From assembly GCA_964012565.1 (NCBI GenBank), contig CAXGTB010000001.1, forward strand, positions 1-34,744: DNA of 34,744 nucleotides. Reading direction: 5' to 3'. A program made the translations under genes and the position numbers. Under the pieces are notes generated by a model, which worked only from the letters and a program-made list of their open reading frames with translations, was not told where the DNA came from and did no database searches. The DNA comes from an uncultured euryarchaeote (GTDB taxonomy: Archaea > Thermoplasmatota > Poseidoniia > Poseidoniales > Poseidoniaceae). Every line of letters starts with the position of its first letter. The stretch's first letter is position 1. Positions 24,871-33,543 of the stretch are shown one piece after another.

Positions 24871-27078
24871 ATGGGCCGTAAAGAAGACAATATCAAGAAG
24901 GCAACAGAAGTTATGCACATACTCCCACAGATTCGTAATCTGTGCATTGCTGCTCACATCGACCACGGAAAAACAACTCTGTCTGACAACTTGATTGCAG
25001 GCGCAGGAATGATGAGTGAAGATCTAGCTGGAAAAAGCAGGGTTCTAGACTTCGACGAACAAGAAAGTGCTCGTGGAATTACTATCAACGCCGCATCAGC
25101 ATCTATGGTTCACGGTGTAGATGGAACCGATTTCCTGATCAACCTAATCGACACTCCTGGTCACGTTGACTTCGGTGGAGACGTTACCCGTGCTATGCGT
25201 GCTGTTGACGGTTGTTTCATTCTAGCATGTGCGGTTGAAGGACCAATGCCACAGACTGAAACTGTAGTTCGTCAAGCATTGAAAGAGAAGGTTAAGCCTG
25301 TTCTATTCATTAACAAAGTCGACCGACTTATCAACGAATTGAAGGTTACTCCTGAAGACATGTTGAAGCGTTTCGAAGAGACTATCATCAAGGTAAACAA
25401 GTTGATTCGTCAATTCGCTCCAGAAGAGAAGAAGAAAGAGTGGCAAGTAAGTGTACTTGATGGAACAGTAGCATTTGGTTCAGCATACCACAACTGGGGT
25501 ATAACAATTCCATACATGAAGAAATCTGGAGTTTCAATGACTGAGATTTTCGAGTATTGTAACAATGAAGACCAGAAGACACTGGCCCAGAAAGCACCTG
25601 TTCACGAAGTACTTCTAGACATGGCTGTAACCAAACTACCAGGACCTGTTGAGGCGCAACCATACCGTATTCCAAACATCTGGACAGGAGATCTAGAAAC
25701 TCCAATCGGTAAAGCGATGGTTAATTGTGATCCTGAAGCAGAACTTGCTATGATGATAACAAAGATTTGGATGGATCCTCACGCTGGTGAAGTTGCTGTA
25801 GGAAGATTGTACTCCGGTGCAATTAACCAAGGTGAATCTGTTTACGCAATCGGTGCTGCAAAGCCAGAGCGTGTCCAGCAGGTCAGCATGATGGTTGGCG
25901 GCGACAGAATCACTGTACCAAAGGTTGTAGCAGGAAACATTGCAGCAATCACAGGTATTCGTTCAGCTGCTGCTGGTGTAACATTGTCCAGGGACAAAGA
26001 TTTCACACCTTTCGAAGCAATTCGCCACTACTCTGACCCTGTAGTTACAGTAGCTGTTGAGCCAAAGAGTATGAAGGACCTTCCAAAGTTCATTGATGCA
26101 TTAAGATCTCTAGCTAAATCAGACGCATCTTTGCAAGTTAGTACTAACCAAGAAACTGGAGAGGCACTGCTAGCAGGTATGGGAGAACTTCACCTTGAGA
26201 TCACTGTTTACAGACTTGAAGAAGAACAAAATATCAAGGTAAAAGTAAGTCCACCAATCGTTGTATATCGCGAATCTGTTGAAGGCAACAACAAGGGAAG
26301 ATCATTCGAAGGAAAATCACCAAACCGTCACAACAGATTCATGATGGAGATTGAACCTCTTTCCGCAGAAGTAGTCGCTGCTCTAAGAGAAGGTCACTTC
26401 GGTAGTGGAAATGTAAGATCCGGAGATGCAAAAGAAGTTGGAAACAAATTCGGCGAATTCGGAATGGACAAAGACTTGATGCGCAAGATTTACTCTATCA
26501 ATGGAACAAACGTTCTGGTCAATGATACTAAGGGTATCCAAGGACTTCACGAAACCCGTGAGTTGATTATCGAGGCATTCAACGAAGTCTGTAAGAAAGG
26601 ACCTGTAGCAGATGAGCCAGTTATGGGAATGATGGTAAGACTAGTCGATGCAAAACTGCACGAAGATGCAATCCACCGTGGACCTGCTCAAACAATTCCA
26701 GCTGTAAGAAACGCAATCAAGGGTGCTATGCTACGTGCACGCACAGTATTGATGGAACCAATGCAGAGATCTCACGTCAGCGTACCAAACGACTGGCTAG
26801 GACAAGTAACTCGTGAAATCACAAACCGAAGAGGTATCATCGAAGATATGCCATCTGAAGGTGAGGCTACCACAGTTATCGGAACTCTACCTGTTGCTGA
26901 AACATTCGGATTCTCTAACGATATCCGTGCAGCATCACAAGGACGTGCTGTTTGGAACTCTGAAAACATCGGATTTGAGATGCTTCCTCCACAATTGTTC
27001 AACAAGGTCGTAGGCGATATACGAACAAGAAAGGGATTGAAGCCTGAACCAAATCCAGAATCATACTATTCTGATTGA
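24871..27078 (+). CDS. fusA: Translation elongation factor 2 (aEF-2)
   Basis: G1 AHIDHGKTTL, G3 DTPGH, G4 NKVD. Diphthamide-site loop HEDAIHRGPAQ. SD AGGTGA at 24859-24864. Confidence 0.95.
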   Translation: MGRKEDNIKKATEVMHILPQIRNLCIAAHIDHGKTTLSDNLIAGAGMMSEDLAGKSRVLDFDEQESARGITINAASASMVHGVDGTDFLINLIDTPGHVDFGGDVTRAMRAVDGCFILACAVEGPMPQTETVVRQALKEKVKPVLFINKVDRLINELKVTPEDMLKRFEETIIKVNKLIRQFAPEEKKKEWQVSVLDGTVAFGSAYHNWGITIPYMKKSGVSMTEIFEYCNNEDQKTLAQKAPVHEVLLDMAVTKLPGPVEAQPYRIPNIWTGDLETPIGKAMVNCDPEAELAMMITKIWMDPHAGEVAVGRLYSGAINQGESVYAIGAAKPERVQQVSMMVGGDRITVPKVVAGNIAAITGIRSAAAGVTLSRDKDFTPFEAIRHYSDPVVTVAVEPKSMKDLPKFIDALRSLAKSDASLQVSTNQETGEALLAGMGELHLEITVYRLEEEQNIKVKVSPPIVVYRESVEGNNKGRSFEGKSPNRHNRFMMEIEPLSAEVVAALREGHFGSGNVRSGDAKEVGNKFGEFGMDKDLMRKIYSINGTNVLVNDTKGIQGLHETRELIIEAFNEVCKKGPVADEPVMGMMVRLVDAKLHEDAIHRGPAQTIPAVRNAIKGAMLRARTVLMEPMQRSHVSVPNDWLGQVTREITNRRGIIEDMPSEGEATTVIGTLPVAETFGFSNDIRAASQGRAVWNSENIGFEMLPPQLFNKVVGDIRTRKGLKPEPNPESYYSD

Positions 27079-27114
27079 ATCAAATGATTTAATTTGCCGC
27101 AAGAAGGGAAATTT

Positions 27115-27546
27115 ATGGGTAGATTGTTGGGGATTTTTTCCTCCAATGGTGGAGTTCCCAAACTTCCAATAGAATCCGCACAAATTGACTCTAACGGAAT
27201 AATTGGTGACAGTTGTAACAATAAGAAGCACCATGGCGGGCCTATGAAGGCAATTTGTGTTTTGGAGAACGAACTTCTAGTAAAATTACAATCTGAAGGT
27301 CATCCAATCCAAGCTGGCTCAACTGGAGAAAATATCCTGGTTGAGGATTATAATTTGGAAGTTGGAAAGGTGTTTGATGTAGGTGAAGTTAGGCTCGAGG
27401 TTGTGTCTGATGCAACACCTTGTTGGAAAATCGCAGATTCATTTACAGAAGGAGAATATCACCGAATGTCAAATGAAAAACATCCCGGTGACACCAGATG
27501 GTATTGCAGGGTATTGAAAGAGGGCTCAATCAGAATATCCGATTGA
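27115..27546 (+). CDS. MOSC-domain protein
   Basis: HHGGPMKAICVLE...GSTGENILVE...VRLEVVSDATPCWKI, with the conserved MOSC Cys context. ATG 27115 is preferred over TTG 27094. Confidence 0.65.
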   Translation: MGRLLGIFSSNGGVPKLPIESAQIDSNGIIGDSCNNKKHHGGPMKAICVLENELLVKLQSEGHPIQAGSTGENILVEDYNLEVGKVFDVGEVRLEVVSDATPCWKIADSFTEGEYHRMSNEKHPGDTRWYCRVLKEGSIRISD

Positions 27547-29260
27547 GTTGGTAATCTGTTAACTCTCGCAATGCTCTTAGTGCTGGGCTTTCAACCAAAC
27601 GATCTAAGCAATCATGTGCTTTTCTATGATACGCCTCTGCCTTAGACTTAGCATATTCAATTGAACCTAAATCATGTAATGCTTGATGTCCTAGAGCAAC
27701 TTGCTCTGCAGTCACATTTTCACCTTTACCTAGCACAGCGAGTAAATCATCCTTTGATTGTGAAGAAGGCTGTCTTAGGGCATGAATTACCATAAGAGTT
27801 CTTTTTCCTTGAGCCACATCACTTCCACTAGGTTTTCCAAGTGTATCTGTATCTGACATCACGTCAATTATATCGTCCATTAACTGGAAACACAACCCTA
27901 GGGCTAGTCCCCAATCATGCATGCATTGAATTATTTCTTTGTCAGCTCCAGCAAGATGTGAACCAACCTCTGCACAAGTAAGGAACATTGCTGCAGTTTT
28001 ACCATGAATCATCTCAGTATATTCTTCTTCTGAAACTACTTCTCTAGATTCAAATTCGATATCTAACTGTTGACCTTCACTACACTTCCTAACCATTCTA
28101 CCAATTCTTTTCACCAAGAATGGAAGGAGCGCAGGTTCAATCCCCTCTGCAACTGCCATTGCCTCAAACGCAATTGCTAGCATTGCATCACCGGCATTAA
28201 TTGCTGTAGGCAAATCATAGGCCTTGTGAACTGCTGGGCGACCACGACGTACATCATCATCATCCATAATATCGTCATGAACTAAAGTAAAGTTGTGAAT
28301 AATTTCAATAGCAGCACCTACATCTAAAAGTCCTGAATGGGTATCTCCAACAGCTTTAGCCACTAACCATGGTAGTGTCGCACGTAGTCTCTTCCCTCCA
28401 CCTTCCAGTAGATGCATCATCGCACCAGATAATCGGTCTAGTTTTGTGTGAGTTAGAGCACGTTCAATTCTCTGTTCCACCAAATCTTTGACTTCACCAA
28501 TGCTAATTTCCAATCCTGCACCTTTTGCTGATGGAAGTAAATGTGAGACATCACCCATATCGTGAATCAGATCATCAGGCTTTGTACATCCAGGTCTCCA
28601 CCAGTCATCGGTCATTATTCGAGCCGCTATACATCTAAACCAAGGAGCAATGATGTTGTTGTCATCATCGGCAACAAGCATTTCTTCTAACTCATCTTTA
28701 GAAACCCACTTGATTTCTTCTACCTCGTTTGCATTTGGATTTACGTCCACATCAACATGGATGACTAAACAGTGATCGATCTCTCTCTCAATCCACTCCT
28801 CATCTTGTCGAGCTTGGTATCTCATTTTTGTAACAAAATCAAACTTTTCAATCGGGACTTGCGATGGGTGTATTCCTAATTCTTGTTCGAGTTTCCTTAT
28901 TGCCGCTCTTTTTACACCAAGTGCATCTTTCAATTCTAGTTCATCTTCAGAATATAGGGGGTGAGAGCAACATGAATTTGCCCAAACACCTGGGAAAGTA
29001 ATCTTGTGTGATGCTCTTTTTTGAAGCAATAAGCGACCTGATAAATCAAACAGAAGGACACTAAAGGCACGATGATATTTGCCTTCACCATAGTGACTAT
29101 TGAACTTGGAAATCGGACCAATAACCTCGTCGTTTTCTTCAACTTGAATCACGGCTTCAGACATTAGTGATTCTTGTATTGAATCCGAACCTTCCAGAGC
29201 GTGAGATGCATCCGAGTCCATTTGTATGGTTGGAACATCCTCTATCCCATATCCAGTCAT
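27530..29260 (-). CDS. Fusion protein: type-1 isopentenyl-diphosphate isomerase (Nudix) + short-chain trans-prenyl diphosphate (GGPP-type) synthase
   Basis: N-terminal half: YHRAFSVLLFD...LLLQKRASHKITFPGVWANSCCSHP...REIDHCLV...EVEEIKWVS (IDI1). C-terminal half: FARM LVHDDIMDDDDVRRGRP with Phe at -5, and SARM FQLMDDIIDV. It is a single uninterrupted frame. The ORF opens at GTG 29275; ATG 29260 is preceded by GGTGAG. Confidence 0.85.
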   Translation of the reverse strand: MTGYGIEDVPTIQMDSDASHALEGSDSIQESLMSEAVIQVEENDEVIGPISKFNSHYGEGKYHRAFSVLLFDLSGRLLLQKRASHKITFPGVWANSCCSHPLYSEDELELKDALGVKRAAIRKLEQELGIHPSQVPIEKFDFVTKMRYQARQDEEWIEREIDHCLVIHVDVDVNPNANEVEEIKWVSKDELEEMLVADDDNNIIAPWFRCIAARIMTDDWWRPGCTKPDDLIHDMGDVSHLLPSAKGAGLEISIGEVKDLVEQRIERALTHTKLDRLSGAMMHLLEGGGKRLRATLPWLVAKAVGDTHSGLLDVGAAIEIIHNFTLVHDDIMDDDDVRRGRPAVHKAYDLPTAINAGDAMLAIAFEAMAVAEGIEPALLPFLVKRIGRMVRKCSEGQQLDIEFESREVVSEEEYTEMIHGKTAAMFLTCAEVGSHLAGADKEIIQCMHDWGLALGLCFQLMDDIIDVMSDTDTLGKPSGSDVAQGKRTLMVIHALRQPSSQSKDDLLAVLGKGENVTAEQVALGHQALHDLGSIEYAKSKAEAYHRKAHDCLDRLVESPALRALRELTDYQLNRIF

Positions 29261-29295
29261 AGACTCACCATGCACTCGGTTTCGCGCCGACTACA

Positions 29296-30075
29296 TCAAC
29301 AGTTCCCTGCAATTATTCGAGTTCCAATGACTGATTTTCCTTCGATTGCAGCTAAAATACGATCATATTTCTCACCATTAACAAGTAATACATCGATACC
29401 TTGTTCAGCAATCATTGCGCCTCTTGACGCTTTGAGACCAATTCCTCCGGTTACATCAATTTCCGATGCATGCTCACCTTCAAACTCGAGGCCAGGGTGC
29501 CAGACATCAATCAAATCCTCTGGTTTTGCTTTATTTGGAGGAACTCGTAAAATTCCATCGACACCTCCTATTGCAAAGATTGCTCGCTCTACATTAGAGA
29601 TTTCAGTAGAGTACCTCAACATTATATCATCACCAGATAAAATTCCAAATTCTTTGTCATCATCATCGACCACATCTCCATACACAACAGTTACGCCGTT
29701 GTGTAGTGGCAAATTACCTGCGAATTGAGGACCTGTCCCTTTCGCCCATTCATGCGGTGGGAATGACTGAACATCCAATCCATGCGATCTTAATGCTGAA
29801 ACAACAATCTGGTTCAATTTAAGCATGTCATCTCTGACTTCTTTCACTGCTGAATCTTGATCTAACCCCTCGATTCGACCATCTGCAAGTCGATGTTTTT
29901 TGGCCTTCATATGTCCAAATGATCCTGCACCGTGAATGATTACTAGATTCTTGGATGTGTTTGAACAAATCTTAGCGAGAGAATCGATTACATCTTGATT
30001 TGCTGTACAAAGTTTGTCTTTGTGTGTAATTAGCCCGCCACCCCACTTGATGACGACGGTTCCGACCATGCACAT
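29296..30075 (-). CDS. ipk: Isopentenyl phosphate kinase
   Basis: Amino-acid-kinase fold with IPK motifs VIKWGGGLITHKD and IIHGAGSFGH. The stop is 35 nt upstream of the IDI-GGPPS start on the same strand. An alternative ATG lies at 30069. Confidence 0.8.
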   Translation of the reverse strand: MCMVGTVVIKWGGGLITHKDKLCTANQDVIDSLAKICSNTSKNLVIIHGAGSFGHMKAKKHRLADGRIEGLDQDSAVKEVRDDMLKLNQIVVSALRSHGLDVQSFPPHEWAKGTGPQFAGNLPLHNGVTVVYGDVVDDDDKEFGILSGDDIMLRYSTEISNVERAIFAIGGVDGILRVPPNKAKPEDLIDVWHPGLEFEGEHASEIDVTGGIGLKASRGAMIAEQGIDVLLVNGEKYDRILAAIEGKSVIGTRIIAGNC

Positions 30076-30137
30076 GCTAGAGGATTCCTACTAATGTGTG
30101 CATTGGATTTACATGGGAGTTTGGAATCGCCTGTGAC

Positions 30138-30476
30138 ATGACAGAGTCTCCGAGTGTGGATGAGTTCATTCGTCACATGCAAGCAGAATTGGATGCTTGT
30201 GAAGAGATTGTAGACAAGAAAGAGCGACAGAAGCGCCAATGGCAAATCGAATCATCATTATTAATGGCAATCGAATTTTCTAATCGTTTCAAAGAATTAT
30301 CTAAACTAGGACAGAATCCATTGAAAATAGTACAAGCACTTGCATCTCCAGATGCATCAAGCGCAGATATTGCAAAACAGGTAATTGCAATTGCGGGCGG
30401 TATGTGTCCGCATTGTGGTGCACCAATGGATGCAGACCTAGATTTCTGTTCTAGTTGCGGAAACTACGTGGAATAA
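30138..30476 (+). CDS. Hypothetical protein with C-terminal zinc ribbon
   Basis: CPHCGAPMDADLDFCSSCGNY at the C-terminus; the N-terminal part is helical. ATG 30138 is preferred over GTG 30096. Confidence 0.5.
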   Translation: MTESPSVDEFIRHMQAELDACEEIVDKKERQKRQWQIESSLLMAIEFSNRFKELSKLGQNPLKIVQALASPDASSADIAKQVIAIAGGMCPHCGAPMDADLDFCSSCGNYVE

Positions 30477-31202
30477 TCATTCCTCTTCCCAAATAGCAAT
30501 CATATCTTGGATTGAGGGATCTTCTTCCTCAACATGGTACAAATATTCTGATGGCATTTCTTCGCACAGGAATACTGTTTTTCCTGCTCTCCAAATAGTG
30601 TGACCATCTGCTATAGCTCTAGTTGTGTCAACCTCTAATATTGCTGGGCGACTGATTCTAACATGGCCTGCTTCCATCGCATTTGAAATGGTCTTAGAAA
30701 GATGAACATGCTTTCTATCGCCTGCTGTGATACCCAATTCCATGTGAGTGGAAACTGCTTCTGGGTCACAAGGCCAATAAAGAGCCTCAGGAATATCATC
30801 TGTTGGAAGATCTAATTCTAACTCAATAGAGTGACCATAAGTTGCTCTAATCATCTCCCCTTCAACTTGGTAACGTCCTTTGTCATCAGCGTTTGCAATT
30901 GCTTCAAAGTGCCAGCCCCTTAACCAATGGAAATGCCTTCTTTGCTTTTGTATTGCTTCTGATAGTTCACGAGAGTTTACCCAACCATTCAAATCCATCT
31001 CGACTCCAAACTTTTCAGGAGCGTGTCGCAGAACTAGCGCAAGAATTCTTCCCAAGCTGTTTGCTTCACGATCAGACATGATGAATTTACCTTCTTCGTT
31101 GCACTCAGGGCAATTACTGCCAGTAAAGTGACCGTTGTTAATTGAACAAGAGCGCTTCTTACATTGACGTAGCATGTTTTGGCCTGAAGGCAACCCCTTC
31201 AT
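30477..31202 (-). CDS. kptA: RNA 2'-phosphotransferase (KptA/Tpt1) with N-terminal zinc-ribbon extension
   Basis: LGRILALVLRHAPEKFGVEMDLNGWV, RATYGHSIELELD and HVHLSKT are the Tpt1 signature elements. An extra ~45 aa N-terminus carries CKKRSC...CPEC. Confidence 0.8.
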   Translation of the reverse strand: MKGLPSGQNMLRQCKKRSCSINNGHFTGSNCPECNEEGKFIMSDREANSLGRILALVLRHAPEKFGVEMDLNGWVNSRELSEAIQKQRRHFHWLRGWHFEAIANADDKGRYQVEGEMIRATYGHSIELELDLPTDDIPEALYWPCDPEAVSTHMELGITAGDRKHVHLSKTISNAMEAGHVRISRPAILEVDTTRAIADGHTIWRAGKTVFLCEEMPSEYLYHVEEEDPSIQDMIAIWEEE

Positions 31203-31269
31203 AATCAGTTCGATTAACTGAGATAAATTTCAGGGCAATGATGATGAAAGCAGTCTGTTTGGACATACC

Positions 31270-32409
31270 ATGCGAGCAGTTATTTCGGACTATGTTCGGA
31301 CACCGTTTCATCGAGCCCACAAGGGTGCACTTGCAAACTTTAGACCTGAGGATATGCTCGAAGCAATCGTTTCGGGGATTTTAGATAGAAATGATGTCAA
31401 CACAGAGGACATTGAAGATCTGATGTTAGGTTGTGCATATCCGGAAGGTGTTCAAGGTTTGAATCTTGGAAGAATTGCAACATATCTTCCAGGTCTGCCA
31501 AATACAATTCCAGGAATGACAACAAACCGTTTATGCGGTTCATCTATGCAGGTAGCTCATTCAGCAGCCGGTTCAATCAAATTAGGTTCGGGAGAAGTGT
31601 TCATTGCTGCAGGAGTGGAAACTATGTCCTTAGTACAACGAGGCGGATGGAATAGAGACCTACACCCGGGAATTGAAGAGAGATATCCTGATGCATACAT
31701 CTCTATGGGATTGACAGCAGAAAACTTAGCAAGAGATTACTCGATTTCTCGACTAGAGCAAGAGGAGTTTGCTCTTGGGAGTCACGAAAAGGCCCTTAGT
31801 GCCCAAAGTAACGGACTACTTACTGGTGAAATAATACCTGTTCAAACCGATGGAAACAAGATAGAAATCGATGGTTGTATGCGTTCAAGTTCAATAGAAA
31901 AAATGGCTAGACTACCAACCGCATTTTTGGAGGATGGAACCGTCACTGCAGCAACATCGTCCCCGTTAACCGATGGAGCAGCATGTAACCTAATATGCTC
32001 CGATTCTTATGTAGAAGAGAATAGTATGAATGGACTTGCTGAGATCATATCAACAGCAGTGGTTGGAGTCCCACCTCACATAATGGGAATTGGACCTGTT
32101 GATTCATCAACAAAAGCCCTTGAGAGGGCAGGTATTACCATGGATGATCTAGATGTTATCGAATTAAACGAGGCTTTTAGCGCTCAATCATTAGCAGTCA
32201 TGAAGGATCTAAATCTCAATTCCGACGATGAAAGAGTGAATATCGATGGTGGAGCACTAGCGATAGGTCACCCACTTGGAGCTAGTGGTGCGAGAATATT
32301 AGGAAAAGCAGCATCACTACTAAACCGAGAGAATGGAGAGTACGCTCTAGCCTCAATGTGTATCGGTGGCGGCATGGGAATTGCAACAGTATTACGCAAA
32401 TATCAATGA
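31270..32409 (+). CDS. Acetyl-CoA C-acetyltransferase / thiolase (class II, bacterial-type)
   Basis: Active-site Cys NRLCGSSMQ, GHPLGASGAR (His), CIGGGMG (second Cys), NEAFSAQ. Confidence 0.88.
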   Translation: MRAVISDYVRTPFHRAHKGALANFRPEDMLEAIVSGILDRNDVNTEDIEDLMLGCAYPEGVQGLNLGRIATYLPGLPNTIPGMTTNRLCGSSMQVAHSAAGSIKLGSGEVFIAAGVETMSLVQRGGWNRDLHPGIEERYPDAYISMGLTAENLARDYSISRLEQEEFALGSHEKALSAQSNGLLTGEIIPVQTDGNKIEIDGCMRSSSIEKMARLPTAFLEDGTVTAATSSPLTDGAACNLICSDSYVEENSMNGLAEIISTAVVGVPPHIMGIGPVDSSTKALERAGITMDDLDVIELNEAFSAQSLAVMKDLNLNSDDERVNIDGGALAIGHPLGASGARILGKAASLLNRENGEYALASMCIGGGMGIATVLRKYQ

Positions 32410-32444
32410 TAACCTTCATGAGATATCGCAATCCTACCTAAACC

Positions 32445-33446
32445 ATGGGTATCCGTAAAGGCCGTAGAGAAGCCTATGAAAATCTAAGTATTGCAGAGGA
32501 AGGAGATTGTCCTCGCTGTGGTGGAGAGTCTCAGCCATCAACTCTAGCTGGATACCTAAGTTGTGCTCGTTGTGGTTATGAATGGAAAGATCCTAATCAC
32601 GTAGCACAAAAAAGAGGGCCTCCTGAAACTTATCGTAGAGATGCTGAACTGATTGAAGAATTTAAACATGAAATGCAAAGCGGTGATTTGAGCAATGTCC
32701 TTGGCATTGACAGTGGCTTGTCTGGAGCTCAAGAAGCATCGCTAAAACGGTTAGAAGACAAATGGATGAGTGGAATGAGTGGACACTTTAATGCTGCAGC
32801 AGAAGAAAGAAAACCCTTGATGATTTCATTTGATGACGATGACAACTTAGTTGATACAACCATTGGAAGTATCACAATAGTTGCAAATGGATTTGATGGA
32901 GGAGAAGAAATTCGCTTAGAATACCCAGGTATCGGAACTGAATTTTACGCTTTTGATGAAGCAAGCGAGACAGGTTGGAGAAGAGGTAGGACTGCAGAAG
33001 ATACTGCAAGATCAATAACCAATGTAATCAATCGTCATTCGAATTTAGTCTATGCAAATCAGGAGGGGAGTGTGATTTTGCTTGAACTGAGAGGTGAACA
33101 ATTGAAAGCAGACTCTCTGGTAATTTTCGTAGATGACCCCGGAGGAACCGATATCGTTGCAGAGAAGTCAGGAGTTTCTATGGATCCAAGAGATGTTAGA
33201 ATGGTTGAAGACTACAAGGTTGTAGTTGAAATTTGTTTAGCAGATGGTATAATTTCTCCTTCAGAAGATCAGATGCTTTGGGCTATGCGTCAACAACTTG
33301 GCATCGACGATTACCTCCATGTTCAAATCGTTCAGCAAATTTTTGGAGAGCATGCTCTCAAAGAATGTACCAATTGTGGTGCAATGGCTGACCTTTATGC
33401 CGACTATGCTGCATGGTATTGTAAAGCATGCGAAAATTGGTGTTAG
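32445..33446 (+). CDS. Hypothetical protein with zinc ribbons at both termini and a TerB-like helical segment
   Basis: N-terminal CPRCGG...SCARCGYEW. C-terminal CTNCGAMADLYADYAAWYCKACENWC. The segment ICLADGIISPSEDQMLWAMRQQLGIDD resembles TerB/DjlA-N type helical domains (weak). The central ~110 aa are unassigned. Confidence 0.5.
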   Translation: MGIRKGRREAYENLSIAEEGDCPRCGGESQPSTLAGYLSCARCGYEWKDPNHVAQKRGPPETYRRDAELIEEFKHEMQSGDLSNVLGIDSGLSGAQEASLKRLEDKWMSGMSGHFNAAAEERKPLMISFDDDDNLVDTTIGSITIVANGFDGGEEIRLEYPGIGTEFYAFDEASETGWRRGRTAEDTARSITNVINRHSNLVYANQEGSVILLELRGEQLKADSLVIFVDDPGGTDIVAEKSGVSMDPRDVRMVEDYKVVVEICLADGIISPSEDQMLWAMRQQLGIDDYLHVQIVQQIFGEHALKECTNCGAMADLYADYAAWYCKACENWC

Positions 33447-33543
33447 TTAGTTGAAATATAGATTTATTTCATGTGCGTTCATAGTTCCTTTGTCAAGGTA
33501 TTATTCATAAGGTGAGAGCCAATCGCCTAAACTGGCGAGTATT

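Noticed and set aside
29201-29728. 175-aa plus-strand ORF spanning the IDI-GGPPS start and the IPK 3' half.
   Set aside because: It is antisense to two strongly supported genes, its sequence is Ser/Pro/Ile-rich and shadow-like, and it would bridge an intergenic gap on the other strand.
31238-31269. ATGATGATGA run upstream of the thiolase gene. I considered it as a C-box (RUGAUGA) of a C/D-box sRNA, or as a uORF.
   Set aside because: No D box (CUGA) lies at the required ~50-60 nt spacing downstream, and there are no C'/D' elements. The short out-of-frame uORF has no other support.
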